Assembly (NCBI GenBank): GCA_030141605.1
Contig: JAQGDQ010001251.1
Span: forward strand, 1-52,121
Source: Tubiluchus corallicola
Taxonomy: Eukaryota; Animalia; Priapulida
Direction: 5' to 3'
Length of the DNA: 52,121 nt
A program made the position numbers and the translations under genes. The notes under the pieces are model-generated. The model was not told the origin of the DNA, made no database searches, and worked only from the letters and a program-made list of their open reading frames with translations. This document shows positions 1 through 11,872 of this stretch, piece after piece (position 1 is the first letter of the stretch; each line of letters starts with the position of its first letter).

Positions 1-122
1 ATTAGTGAGAATATTTGTCAGTTGGTAAAAACTGTCTGTTCTGTTCAAGCCGTTTTGTAATACTTGTTTTCCAATAGAAATACGTTCAAGCTAAGCTAAG
101 TATGCGAAAGTGCAAATGGCCA

Positions 123-389
123 CAGGGCCTATTTCAGCCTAGGCGAGGCCCGGGGAAGTGGGGCGTGTGAGGGCTCATGGGGGGGGGCGCTACCGTGGTT
201 GGCGCCCAGAAATTTTTTGAACTGCTAGAACGCCGTAGAAGCATTTTCGAAGAGAAAATATGGAGTTATACAGTTGTTAAAGGAAAGAACACTTGAAAGA
301 AAAACTGCTTTTTATTCTCAAGACCAGTCCTTAATACTTGTCAATACTGGCAAATGGCGCACGTGTGGCAAAAGAGAGAGTGAGAGAGA

Positions 390-447
<58 letters not shown>

Positions 448-658
448 GAAAGAGTGAGAGGGAGGGAGGGAGGGAGGCAGAGAGAGAGAGAGGGAGGGAG
501 GGGGAAGAAGAGAGAGAGGGAGAGGGGAGAGAGAGAGAGGGAGAGAGAGGAGGCAGTATGTTCGAATAAAGCAAAAAATGTTACCTTGGCGCGAGGCCCC
601 CCTGGAGGGTGAGGCCCAGGGAAAGTATCCCCACTCCCCCCCCTTGAAATAGGCCCTG
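123..658 (+). mobile_element. hAT-like MITE (family H1), copy 1, with internal (GA)n
   Basis: Perfect 14-bp TIR CAGGGCCTATTTCA (123-136) / TGAAATAGGCCCTG (645-658); 8-bp TSD AATGGCCA/AATGGTCA (1 mismatch); second copy at 35805-36080. Confidence 0.9.
373..552. repeat. (GA)n/(GGGA)n microsatellite inside the MITE
   Basis: Direct reading; explains the ER-repeat ORF 274-612. Confidence 0.95.
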
Positions 659-960
659 AATGGTCATACTGTTCAACGTATCCTATCGTGTTTGTAATTC
701 GCCCAGTCTTGTCTTTTTTACTTACCTTGTAAATCTTAGCGACTTTTACATACCTTGTAAACTTATAAGTAGACGTATTGCAATTTTTTTAAAATAAACT
801 AGAATAGCTACTTCTTTTGTTTGTCAGTAAAAATATTCTTTAACACATGCGACTATTTTGCTATTTATTGCAAATCAAATTACTACATATTTCAACACAG
901 CGGTTGTCAAAAACTGACCTTTTACCAAATCTTACCAAGGCTTGAAGGCCCCCAAAACTT

Positions 961-1176
961 AAACCTGCCCCAATCTTACACTGTAGGCTAAAACAATCTA
1001 CTCTTTGAATTATTGGAAGGAAACGTGACTTGGTTGGGCTCGCCCGTCGTTAATTAAGAGCTTAATCTATTATTTAATTATCAGAAACGCTTTTGCAGTG
1101 TTATTGGTGTTAAAATGTACGATTTTTATTGAACTTGAAAATGGGGTAGTATATGAAAAGATCGTCCTGTCTTTCT
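961..1176 (+). mobile_element. Kolobok-like MITE family A, internally deleted copy
   Basis: Left-end motif CCCAATCTTACACTGTAGG..ACAATCTACTCTTT joined to the right part ending TCCTGTCTTTCT|TTAA; homologous to other A copies. Confidence 0.8.
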
Positions 1177-1950
1177 TTAAATACTGGCTAAAAATTTATT
1201 ACAACAAGAACAACAGCGACATCGTGGAGAAACGGATCTTTTTAAACGAACATTGCAAGCGGGTGGCCCAAAAATAAAAACAATGCTAGCAATACTTTGG
1301 GGTTTTCATTTTCACATAAAGACAGTGTGTACGGGAGTGTATTAAAATGACGTGTTTTTCAATTGTTATGCTTTTTGTATAATCAGCTTTTGTAAGGCTA
1401 ATCAAATTCTGTATAGGTTGTTTTCTCAATTCATTTTACAGGTAATTATATATAAACTTCCTTCAAGGTGTCCTAAGCTATAGCCAACAGTAGCCTATAG
1501 GGTGACCCCACCCTGGTAATGAGGTCATATGGTTATCGGGTCACAAGATATGTAAATGGGTCAGTGGGGCAGCTGACAGAGCTGACAGAACAACGTTTCC
1601 CACTTCCAAACTTTTTCCTTTTGTTAGTATGCATGTTTGGTACTGACTTGACCTGCCAATCTCCTCCCCGTGTGTTTATTTCAAAACCTCTCTCATCGGG
1701 GCGATATTTGACACGTTTGCACCTTGGAGTTTAGTCTAGATAGGTGCGTTTTTGTTTTGTTTGCTAGAGGATTCGTTAGTCAATGCAGACAAGAAAAAAA
1801 CGCTTCACGTCGGAAGTACATTTGCTATTTTTGGAAGCACATTGACTAAAATTCGGTACCTAGGCATTCATCGAGCAAAGGCCATCGAACTATCATTACC
1901 ATCTACTAGTGTTTATACATAGTCAACAACATAGGCCTAGGCCTACTTAA

Positions 1951-2025
1951 AGCAAAACCGGACCCAATGTTAAACTGTGGGTAAAAACAATCTACTCTTT
2001 AAAATATTGAAAGGAAACGTACCAT
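1951..2025 (+). mobile_element. Family A left-end fragment
   Basis: TTAA|AGCAAAACCGGACCCAATGTTAAACTGTGG..ACAATCTACTCTTTAAAATATTGAAAGG. Confidence 0.8.
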
Positions 2026-2519
2026 TTGTTCCTGGTATCGCTTCTGTACTCTGTGAGCTTTTTTATATTTCAATTTTAAGTGTTAACTAATGAAGTACTT
2101 GTGTTTTTGAACAAACTATCTATATAACTATATTCTTGATAACCAGTTGTATGTATCTGTTCTCAACTAAAATGTATTTGTTGCACAGTGGAAAAACATG
2201 TTAATCCACTTAAGATAAAGAAAGTTTATATATAATTACCTGTAAAATGAATTGAAAAACAACCTATGCAGAATTTGATTAACCTTACAAAAGCTAACTA
2301 CATAAAAAGCATTACAATTGAAAAACACGACATTTTAATACACTCCTGTGCACACTGTCTTTATGTGAAAATGAAAATCCCAAAGTACTGCTAGAATTGT
2401 TTTTATTTTTGGGCCACCCGCTTGCAATGTTCGTTTAAGAAGATCCGTTTCTCCACGATGCCGGATCTTATTGTTGTCGCTGTTGTTCTTGTTGTAATAA
2501 ATTTTTAGCCAGTTTTTAA

Positions 2520-3111
2520 AGAAAGACAGGATGATTTTTCGTATGCTACGCCATTTTCAAATCCGATAAAAAGTATACGTTTGACATCAGTAATACTGCA
2601 AAAGCGCTTCTGGTAATTAAATAATTGATTAAAAACTTAATTAACGGCGGGCGAGCTCAATTATGGATGACGTCACAAACGAACATAATTTTTAACAGCA
2701 AAAATATTGCACGAGCGTGTTGCACGTGTTTGCGAAAGAGAAAGTTGAAGTACAATGCTACTGTGAGATATTCAGTGTGTTGTTCTAAAACTAGGCAAGC
2801 TTTAAGATAAAAATTCAAATTTCAAATTTGCCACTGCACTCACGCATGAGCTGTCGTTCGTCACCAACTAACACATCTGAACTGAGAGGTACAACACCTG
2901 TATTTTTGCAATGCGTTTCTGAAATGCAGGCGCTAGTGCCCGTCTAACTAGCGAATGGCAAAATGCATGTAAAAGCGAAGAACTAGTGGCGCGAACGTGA
3001 AGTTGTGTTTGTGTGGTAATAGTTGTTAAACGAGTCATTTTTGAAAAAAATAGTATGTTTTAAAGAGTAGATTGTTTTGACCCACAATTTAAGATTGTGT
3101 CCGGTTTTGCT
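2520..3111 (-). mobile_element. Kolobok-like MITE family A, near full length
   Basis: TTAA at 2516-2519 and 3112-3115; imperfect TIRs AGAAAGACAGGA / AGCAAAACCGGA. Confidence 0.88.
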
Positions 3112-3895
3112 TTAATAAGCAATGTCCGTAAACATTTTACGTTTTCAAATACAATGTACAGTCTACGAAGGCATGTGTACTGTGCATTTCTTGTAAGAGC
3201 TGTACTACGTTTGCGTGCTTGTGTACTCGGCCACACTTCACTGTGTGTACACCGTAAGTTATGGATCAGAATTTACGTTCAACTAGGTTACTGTGACCCG
3301 TGACCTATTCTAGCAGAACTGTCTGGAGAGAGAGTCGTAAATTTGCAATAAAACCATAGTACGTTTTAGAACTAGTGTCAACAAAGCTGTGAGTATAACA
3401 TAAGTGCCGTCTTTAGTTTATGAATTGTACAGTTAGACAGTTACTGTAAATACTGCCAGGACACGATGTCTCAGCAAAACGAAAGTCCACCGTCTACTAC
3501 AGTTTGCTTTTGCAGGTGTCTATATCTTGGTGAAGTTAGTTACCAAATTGTCATGTAAAACAACAACTATGGACTATGATATTGGACTGAATTCGGCTCA
3601 GGGAGTCGAACTCCAAGATGGCGTAGCTGTGTAATTTTACTATCCATTTTACTATCGTTGTGTAACTGATTACTTTGCTACAAATGTTAATTTTAATTAA
3701 CTAATGCTAATTAACTAAGTTAATGTCTGTAAACTAGTACCATATACCTGTTATAGCATGTCATTTAACTCTCATAAAATAAAATACACAAAAACTACAC
3801 TGTACGGAGTTTATTACCTGCACTAATAAAATAGGGAATAAAATACATGTGCACAAAAAAATAACTAACCGACTCAGTAACAGCACTACACCCGA

Positions 3896-4092
3896 GGAGC
3901 ACCTGTGTCAGAAATCAAGGCTGTAGTGACCTCTACACGCTTTTATACTGGCATTCCAGGTCAGCTGGCTTCTCACACCACGTGTAGGCCCCCAAACAAG
4001 ACGCCTGGACCTACAGGAAAGGGGTGAGTCGGTGCTGACGTGGAAGCAGGGCGTGTAGAGGGCCCTACACCTGACCCGACACAGGTGCCTCC
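3896..4092. repeat. About 200-bp GC-rich segment bounded by inverted repeats (possible MITE)
   Basis: GGAGCACCTGTGTC ... GACACAGGTGCCTCC; no convincing TSD. Confidence 0.4.
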
Positions 4093-4180
4093 GTAACAAT
4101 ATTTTGTTTCACACAAAGCTTGAACACAGTTACAAAAATAGTATTGTCAATGAGCAAATTTAGGGTGTGCGAGGGGAGTG

Positions 4181-4258
4181 CAGGGCTGTGCAATCGGTAC
4201 ATTGAACTCCTGACTCTGGCTCCGATTCTGATTCCTAGAAATTTAGAAGATCCAACTG
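4181..4258 (+). mobile_element. Left-end fragment of a hAT-like (GACTCC)n MITE
   Basis: CAGGGCTGTGCAATCGG..CTCCTGACTCTGGCTCCGATTCTGATTCCTAGAAATTTAG, homologous to 4537-4612. Confidence 0.6.
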
Positions 4259-4536
4259 GGTAATTGTCCAAATGGCAAAAACTGCCCCGCTTGGCACGCT
4301 GTTCAGCATCACATGTACCGGAGCAAACATAGAAAGACAAAAATCCTGTCTAGTCACCATTCCAGAACATGGCATTAGCAAGGTGTGCTTCAGTTTTAAA
4401 CATGGCTTTGACCTATTGAGTTTTACTTCTTCGGGAAGCTAATTATTCCTAAAAGATTGTTTTTGTTCTTAACTCAGAACGTGGCTTTGTAATATATAAG
4501 AGTGTAGGCGTATGAAATGTGTGTTTAAATAGTAAT

Positions 4537-4991
4537 CGCGGTTGTGGAGTCGGTTCATTAAATTCCTGACTCTGGCTCCGACTCCGATTCCTAGAAATTT
4601 AGAGGATCCAACTTCACCTCTGACTCCGGCTCCAAAAATTTTAGGAGCCGCAACTTCCGAATACAACTCCAACTCCTGTCTTTAGTAATAGTTTGTAGTG
4701 CTCTCAATATTTAGCTACAGTGGCATTTCATCGCTACTTCTTGTGCTCGGAAAACAGAGCAGCTGCATAGACACAAATCCCAAAACGTTATGCGTAAATA
4801 AATGTATGACGTTATGTCATACATTATGACGTTATGACGTATGACGAATAAAAGTAAATGACGTTATGCATAAATGAGTTGAAAGTTAAAAGTAACTGGA
4901 CCTTGACTTTGTCTATTTTTTACCAATTCTGACACCGACTCCTCTAACAATAAGTGTACTCCCGAGTCTCGACTCCGACTACAAAACCCCA
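4537..4991 (+). mobile_element. Degenerate hAT-like MITE with CGACTC subterminal repeats
   Basis: GGTTGTGGAGTCGG at the left end and CCGACTACAAAACCC at the right end (imperfect TIR); multiple GACTCC repeats; TSD not preserved. Confidence 0.55.
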
Positions 4992-5159
4992 AGTTTTAAC
5001 AACACCGACAGTCGAGTAAATTTAAGATTTAAATATGGTTGTTCTGTAGATCTAAACGAAAATGTAAAGTCAAAGGTTAAGAACTCATTTAAAGATTATG
5101 TTTTAAGATATCTGTTGTAGCTTCTTACAACACTGTATACTGTAATATAATTACAAGGG

Positions 5160-5274
5160 AACTGAAATGAACGGTTATTACAACATTGAGTTCTATGGAT
5201 ATGTTACTTTACTAACATCCTGTTGTCTTTGTAAGCTGTATATTCTCATGCGAAATAAACTCATAATAATAATC

Positions 5275-5373
<99 letters not shown>

Positions 5374-5405
5374 GTAATAATAATAATATATGTATATATA
5401 TATGT
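5160..5405 (+). repeat. (ATA)n microsatellite preceded by AATAAA; probable non-LTR 3' tail
   Basis: GAAATAAACTC followed by (ATA)n at 5263-5388; explains the poly-I and poly-Y ORFs. Confidence 0.75.
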
Positions 5406-5913
5406 AGTAAATGACTATAGAAAGGAACAATATTTATACGTATGATAATGTCAAGGTCATTCGTGGTGCTGCCGTTCTTTACATTATTTTCTGCATTAAG
5501 GCCTGTTCACAATTATGCGCAAAAGCAGCAGTTCGGCAGCCTGACGCTTAGTTGTGAAGTAGTCTACTCGTAAAACAGTTTGCCGTTGCCGTTACCGGTT
5601 GGAATGTAGGATCGTCACTGTTTTCGTCGTCTGATACGTTCATCGCGTGTAATGGATTGCGCGAAATGTAATGTTGCGCGGTGTTTCTCTGTTTAATGAT
5701 TTGCAGTTGTATTTCAACATGCAGAGGTAATAAAACAGCGTTTTGGGCTTCCATACATAAACAATGCCTGCCGGCCGCCGCATTAAACAATGATTTATGC
5801 TGCGTTCGCTGATTTAGATACACATTATAAATGTGTTTAGCCTAGAGCATGTATTTTATACTGAAATGGTACGCATGGGAGCATAGAGGTCGAATTAGTG
5901 TGTGAGTAATAAC

Positions 5914-5922
5914 TGTGCATGC

Positions 5923-5958
<36 letters not shown>

Positions 5959-6026
5959 ATGTATGTGTGCGTGCTTGCACGTGTGTGTGTGTGTGTGTGT
6001 GTGCATGTATGTGTGCGTGCTTGACG

Positions 6027-6062
<36 letters not shown>

Positions 6063-6435
6063 TGTGTGCATGTGTGTGTGTGTGTGTGCATGCTTGCATG
6101 TGCGTGTGTGTGTTTGTGTGTGCGTGTGTGTGTTTGTATGTATGCATGTGCGTGTGTGTGTGTGTGCGTGCTTGCATGTGCGTGTGTGTGTGTTTGTGTG
6201 CATGTGTGTGTGTGTTTGTGTGCGTGTGTGCATGCATGCATGTGTGTGTGTGCATGCGTGTGTGTGTGTTTGTGTGCATGTGTGTGTGTGTGTTTGTGTG
6301 CATGTGTGTGTGTGTGTGTTTGTGTGCATGTGTGTGTTTGTGTGCGTGTGTGTGCATGCATTTATGTGTGTGTGTGAGCGCATGTGCGTGTGTGTGAGCG
6401 CGCACACATGTGTGTGTGCGTGCGTGTGTTTTTGT
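5914..6435. repeat. Compound (TG)n microsatellite with GCAT/TTTG interruptions
   Basis: Direct reading; explains the six HT/CV-repeat ORFs. Confidence 0.95.
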
Positions 6436-6569
6436 GAATTTATGTGTGCCTGGCCCTTTTTTGGTTTTGTCTGAGCACTAAATAAATTTATGCCGATAGT
6501 TTAATTACAAAATTTGCTTAGATGTAGCGAAAAATGTAGTTAGTTAGTCAGTAATCGATTATAGTAGTT

Positions 6570-7450
6570 TCATTCATTCATTTATTGATTCAGTCGCCCT
6601 TCATTCATACTTTATTCATTCATTCATTTGTTTGTTCGTTCACTCATTCATTCGTTCGTTTGTTCGTTCGTTCATTCTTTCATTCATTTGTTGATACAGT
6701 CGTCCTCCATTCATCCTTCATTCATTCGTTCGTTCGTTCACTCATTCTTTCATTCATTTATTGAATCAGTCGCCGTCCATTCATCCTTCATTCATTCATT
6801 CATTCGTTCGTTTGTTCGTTCGTTCGTTCGTTCGTTCACTCATTCTTTCATTTATTTATTGATTCAATCGCCGTCCACTCATCCTTCATTCACTCATTCA
6901 TTCATTCATTCATTCGTTCGTTCACTCATTCTTTCATTCATTTATTAATTCAGTCGCCGTCCATTCATCCTTCATTCACTCATTCATTCGTTCGTTCACT
7001 CATTCGTTCATTTATTTATTGATTCAGTCGTCCTCCATTCATCCTTCATTCATTCATTCGTTCATTCATTCATTCGTTCGTTCACTCATTCTTTCATTCA
7101 TTTATTGATTCAGTCGTCCTCCATTCATCCTTCATTCATTCATTCGTTCATTCATTCATTCGTTCGTTCACTCATTCTTTCATTCATTTATTGATTCAGT
7201 TGTCCTCCATTCATCCTTCATTCATTCATTCGTTCATTCATTCTTTCATTCATTTATTGATTCAATCGCCGTCCACTCATCCTTCATTCACTCATTTATT
7301 CATTCATTCATTCGTTCGTTCACTCATTCTTTCATTCATTTATTGATTCAGTCGTCCTCCATTCATCCTTCATTCACTCATTCATTCATTCATTCATTCA
7401 TTCGTTCGTTTGTTCGTTCATTCGTTCATTCATTCATACATACATTCATC
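6570..7450. repeat. (TTCA/TTCG)n array with a variable 65-95 bp higher-order unit anchored on TTATTGATTCAGTCGTCCTCCATTCATCC
   Basis: Anchor motif recurs about 10 times. Confidence 0.9.
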
Positions 7451-7647
7451 CTGCCCCTAACCTCAAACAACTCACCTTGCATTGCAGCTGGGCTTTCCGA
7501 GTTCCAGCTTTTAGCTCAGCTGCAAGCAGTTACATCATTTGTTCACAAATTCACTGCTCACTTGAAAAGTAATTGATGTAATTTTGTTTTCAGTTTGTGT
7601 AGCTGTATGTAATATATCTGAATGTGTAATTGTAATGGTGTTTTTGT

Positions 7648-8065
7648 CTGATGATGATGATTCGAATCGAAGATGACCATAGTGACAGGGATAAAGGGTC
7701 AGTGGGGGGGGGGGGGTTGTCATTCGTTTGATGAGCTCGAAGGTGACTGATTAGGCCAATTCTGGCCTGGAAACTTCTTTGGCATTTGGCACAGGTGAGG
7801 CTGGGTGTTTGGACCTGTTGGGCAGTGTCACATGCCTTGTGCCTCCTGCGCTTCTCCTCTGCCTCCTCGATTCTTTTCGCCTCTGCTGTCTTAGCCACTG
7901 TGGTGATGGCACTCCGCCACGCTGAGCGATCTTGTGCAAGGGTTTCCATTGAGCGGATATCCATGCTGAGCTCCTTGAGTGAGGCCTTCAGGCTGTCTTT
8001 GAAGCGTTTCTTTGGTCGTCCAACCTTTCTCTTTCCAGACACAAGTTCTCCATAAAGCATCTTCT
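7648..8065 (-). mobile_element. 5'-truncated RTE-clade LINE (ORF2 C-terminus plus (ATC)n tail)
   Basis: LYGELxxGKRxxGRPKKRFKDSLKxxLK...DRxxWR...CxxCxRxFxARIGLISHLRAH is typical of RTE-clade C-termini; short 3' UTR ends in ATCATCATC. Confidence 0.9.
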
Positions 8066-8238
8066 TTTAAATTGTCAACTAAACTTGGATTAAAAATTGG
8101 CTCAAAACTTCTAAATTGTTTCAACGAAACTCAATCACTTTCATTCTGTTTACTTGCTGCAGTCCGTAAAGGCGCATTGTTTACATTTGATTCGTTTGTT
8201 TAGCAATTTTATTACCCACTCGACTGTTTCAATTTCAG

Positions 8239-8302
8239 ATCCATGAGCACGTGACCGTGACGCGCGGGATTGTGGGATACGATGAAAGTTGGATGCTATT
8301 CG
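8239..8302 (+). CDS. Candidate internal exon (IHEHVTVTRGIVGYDESWMLF), gene unknown
   Basis: TTTCAATTTCAG acceptor, CG|GTAAGT donor, locally GC-rich; only the phase-0 frame is open; no recognised homolog. Confidence 0.4.
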
Positions 8303-9246
8303 GTAAGTTTCATCTACGTTTATAAGTATTATATGTAACTACAATCTTAGTAAATCGTTGTCGTCTAATTTGTGCATAAGCTACTCTAATTTTGTCAAAA
8401 TTCGTGCTTCACGGCTTTCATAGTTTGTTTCACTTGTTTGATTTGAATTTTTTTATATTTTGTCAGAATTTTGATAAGTATGACGCACCATATTTTACAA
8501 TTATTATATGCAAAATTAGCAGCCGATTTCGAAAACGTTCGAAATGGCTTTGTCACTTCGAAATATAAGTCGAAGTGCCAGCTCGGTTAAGTCGTAATTC
8601 ACATTAAAGGAAAGATCAAGCTTTCTGGGAAGTTAGGCGTATTTAGCCATTCGGAAAGAATATTACGTAAATATAAAACCATTTAGAAATAACAGTGTGA
8701 AAAGACGCCACCTGTTATTAGTAAAATCTCTTTAACGTCGCGATCATTTCACGCTTGAACGCTCCTATTTTCAACGCCCATTCTTCCACCAGTGACGTCA
8801 CGTTCGAGATATGCAGCGCACTGTCAATTTCGGTCAGAAGTATGAGTTTTTACAAAGAAATAAATAAATAGCTAGTTTTATGATACTATAATATACTTAT
8901 AATTTTATAACATTTAGAACATTACGTAAATAGAGGATTTTTAAATTAGTTTATGCAGCGCGCGCTTACGGAAAGCCACGACGCGCTTACGAAAAGTCCC
9001 GATGTCGCAAGGTCACAGTTATCTAATCAGCTATATGTAAATGTTGTTAAGCTTGAGCGTGGTAAGTGTTCATTTTGTTACTGGGGGGGGGGGCTTTCGA
9101 ATATGTTACCCTCCCATATTATATGAAGAACGATTTATTTTGATACTTTCAAAAGATTTGCTAAAATGTAATTTTTGCTCTTTGAATACCTTAATGTCAG
9201 ATAAAAGTTGGATCTTGTTACTTGATTTATTTTGTTATTAACTTAA

Positions 9247-9811
9247 AGTAAAACCCAATTTTAAAATGTAGGTCAAAACAATCTACGTGAAAGATTTATT
9301 ACCCCACAAACGCAATTTTACATTCGCGCCAGTAGTTCTTTGCGGTTACGTGCATTTCACCATTTGCTAGTTAGACGGGCACTAGCGTCTGCATTTCGGA
9401 AATGCTTTGCACAAAACACAGGCGCTGTACCTGTCAGTTTAGTTATGTTAGTTTGTGACGAACTACATACGTTCGACAGTTCATGCGTGAGCACAGCGGT
9501 AAATTTGAAATTTGCATTTTTATCTTAAAACTTGCCTAGTGTTAGTACAACGCATTGAATATCTTACAGTAGCACTGTACTTCAATTTTTGCTTTCACAA
9601 ACACGTTCAACGCGCTCGTGGAAAATTTTTGCTGCTGGGAATTATGTTAGTTTGTGATGTCATCAATAGTTGGGCTCGCCCGTCGTTAATTAAGGTACTA
9701 ATCAATTATTTAATTATCAGAAACACTTTTGTAGTATTAATTATGTTAAAATGTAGACTTTTACCGGACTTGAAAATGGGGCAGTTTATGAAAAATCATC
9801 CTGTCTTCCTC
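9247..9811 (+). mobile_element. Family A copy nested in the family C element
   Basis: TTAA at 9243-9246 and 9812-9815; body homologous to other A copies. Confidence 0.88.
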
Positions 9812-10024
9812 TTAATTTTTTGTGTTTTAATGTTAGTTGTGATTATATTTACTATCTTATTATTACTTTATTATGTTACAAAATCGTAAACGCAGCCCGT
9901 TGTAATGTATTTGTACGAGTGATTTTTATGTATATAACTGTATACATTTGTAAATAATTGGTCATTTTGGCAAGTAGTGCTAAGCATTGAAAGAGCTATC
10001 TTCATAAAATATTACTGAAGTCCA

Positions 10025-10370
10025 CTAGTTACGTCATAATCTTCAAGTGAATGACCACCACGCCTGTGAATTTCTAATCAGAGCTAGTATATTTTAAATT
10101 TGTGCTTTATAGGCAGTTTTTTGCAAATTTCTTTGTTATATTTCTCTAAGTTTAAGTGATAACAGTAAAATAAACCCAACATACTGAGTGACTTGTCCTA
10201 GTTACGTCATAATCTTCAAGTGAATGACCACCACGTCTGTAAATTTCTAATCAGAGCTAGTATATTTTAAATTTGTGCTTTATAGGCAGTTTTTTGCAAA
10301 TTTCTTTGTTATATTTCCTAAGTTTAAGTGATAACAGTGAAATAAACCCAACATGCTAAGTGACTTGTTC
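10025..10370. repeat. Tandem duplication, 173 bp x2
   Basis: CTAGTTACGTCATAATCTTCAAG starts at 10025 and 10198. Confidence 0.95.
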
Positions 10371-10866
10371 TTTCCTTTAAGAAAAATTACCTGTTACCTA
10401 CGCGTGCCTGGTTTTGCAAGAATTAAGCTTGGATTACGAGCAAGTCTGGATCATATTACGCCTGATATCGGGTCATCTAAGCAAAACAGGGGTTTTTATT
10501 GTTGCAGAACTGCTGTGGATATACTTGGTGTTGTCTAACAACAAAAATAACAGCAGTAAGTGAGATTACTAGTCGTGCTATTGCTGTTGAACCACGCGAG
10601 AGTTGCAAAATAGAGGATTTCTTTTCGGCGTATTGAGTAACTTAAAAGAATACTCGATTTTTTTACTGTTTATCGGCAGAGTTTCAACAACATCGCGAAG
10701 ATAGAGATATAGGTTTTTTTCGTGCTGCGAAGATAGTTAATTGTTTGTTTTCCGTCGCCATTGCCTTGGAAAGGTTTCCGTTTTATGCAAGTATTGACCG
10801 ATTAACCGATCAACTCCCTGACTGTCAAATGGCAATTTAACTGACTGACTGGCCCTGGCTGGCCTG

Positions 10867-10882
10867 GCTACTGCTACTACTA

Positions 10883-10916
<34 letters not shown>

Positions 10917-10962
10917 GGCTACTACTACTACTACTACTACTACTATTACTACTACTACTACT
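10867..10962. repeat. (CTA)n/(CTG)n trinucleotide repeat
   Basis: Direct reading. Confidence 0.95.
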
Positions 10963-11719
10963 CCTTGATATTCGTGAGGCGCTAAAATCAGAAAACACGT
11001 TTACATAATGTAAGATTGTTAAAACGTATGTTAAATTGTAAATAGCAAACAAATATTACACGTGTGCTTGCAAACCAACACCATCCGCAAGTCGGCATAG
11101 TTAAAACAGAGTTCTGATGTATAAAAGAGCCAGCTTCCAGCAATCAACATGTTTACTGAGCGACGTCGTTTCAAACTACTGAAACCATTATCAAAGTATA
11201 AATCAAGTCACACATTAATGATACAAAGGACCGTCTAACTCTTAATACGCAACTACCACTGGTGGCACCTTGTAATTTGTTTGATCATCTTCCTCTGGGG
11301 TCTGTAGTGGTCCTGGTGGATTTAGTTTGTTGTCTCTTTCACATTGACATGCTGTTGGTTTCCCTTATTGTAGCTGCCACTTGTTGTAAATTGTGCAAAA
11401 TGTAGAAGTTGTGTTTTATTCTTATAATGCTTATGGCTGTGGTTCTTCATTACGTAGCCCTGGATTAATTGTTTACAATGTTGTGTTCTGTTTTGGTTCT
11501 CATATGTTAGGTAAACATTTTGTACATTTCTCTACAATTTCTTGCACTACAACCTGGTTTACTTTGATAAGTTAAATTCTAGTCAGTTGTTTTGTAGTTT
11601 CAGTTTGTGCCTTTGTGTCATTAATGTATCATTTATTCTTTGGCTTCATTTAGAGTTTGATAATGACTTCAGTAGCCGAAACGATGGTCGGCATTATTAT
11701 TTTGTTCACAGTCATTATT

Positions 11720-11834
11720 ATCGTTGTTGTCGTTGTCGTCGTTGGTTGTTGTTGCTGTTGTTGTCGTTGTTGTTGTTGCTGTTGTTGTTGTTGTTGTTGT
11801 TGCTTTTGTTGTCGTTGTTGTTGTTGGTTGCTGC

Positions 11835-11872
<38 letters not shown>

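Larger units (their letters stand above)
961..3111. repeat. Long inverted repeat: arms 961-1459 and 2222-3111, spacer about 760 bp
   Basis: 1181-1459 is the near-identical reverse complement of 2222-2515 and continues into family A on both arms. Confidence 0.9.
8608..10376 (+). mobile_element. Kolobok-like element family C, complete, with nested A copy and terminal duplication
   Basis: TTAA|AGGAAAGATCAAG ... CTTGTTCTTTCCT|TTAA (13-bp TIR, 1 mismatch); both ends homologous to 14423-14950. Confidence 0.82.

Noticed and set aside
3516-3633. Plus-strand terminal exon after TTTTGCAG (VYILVKLVTK..DGVAV*)
   Set aside because: Acceptor only; peptide unrecognised; a similarly weak case exists on the opposite strand
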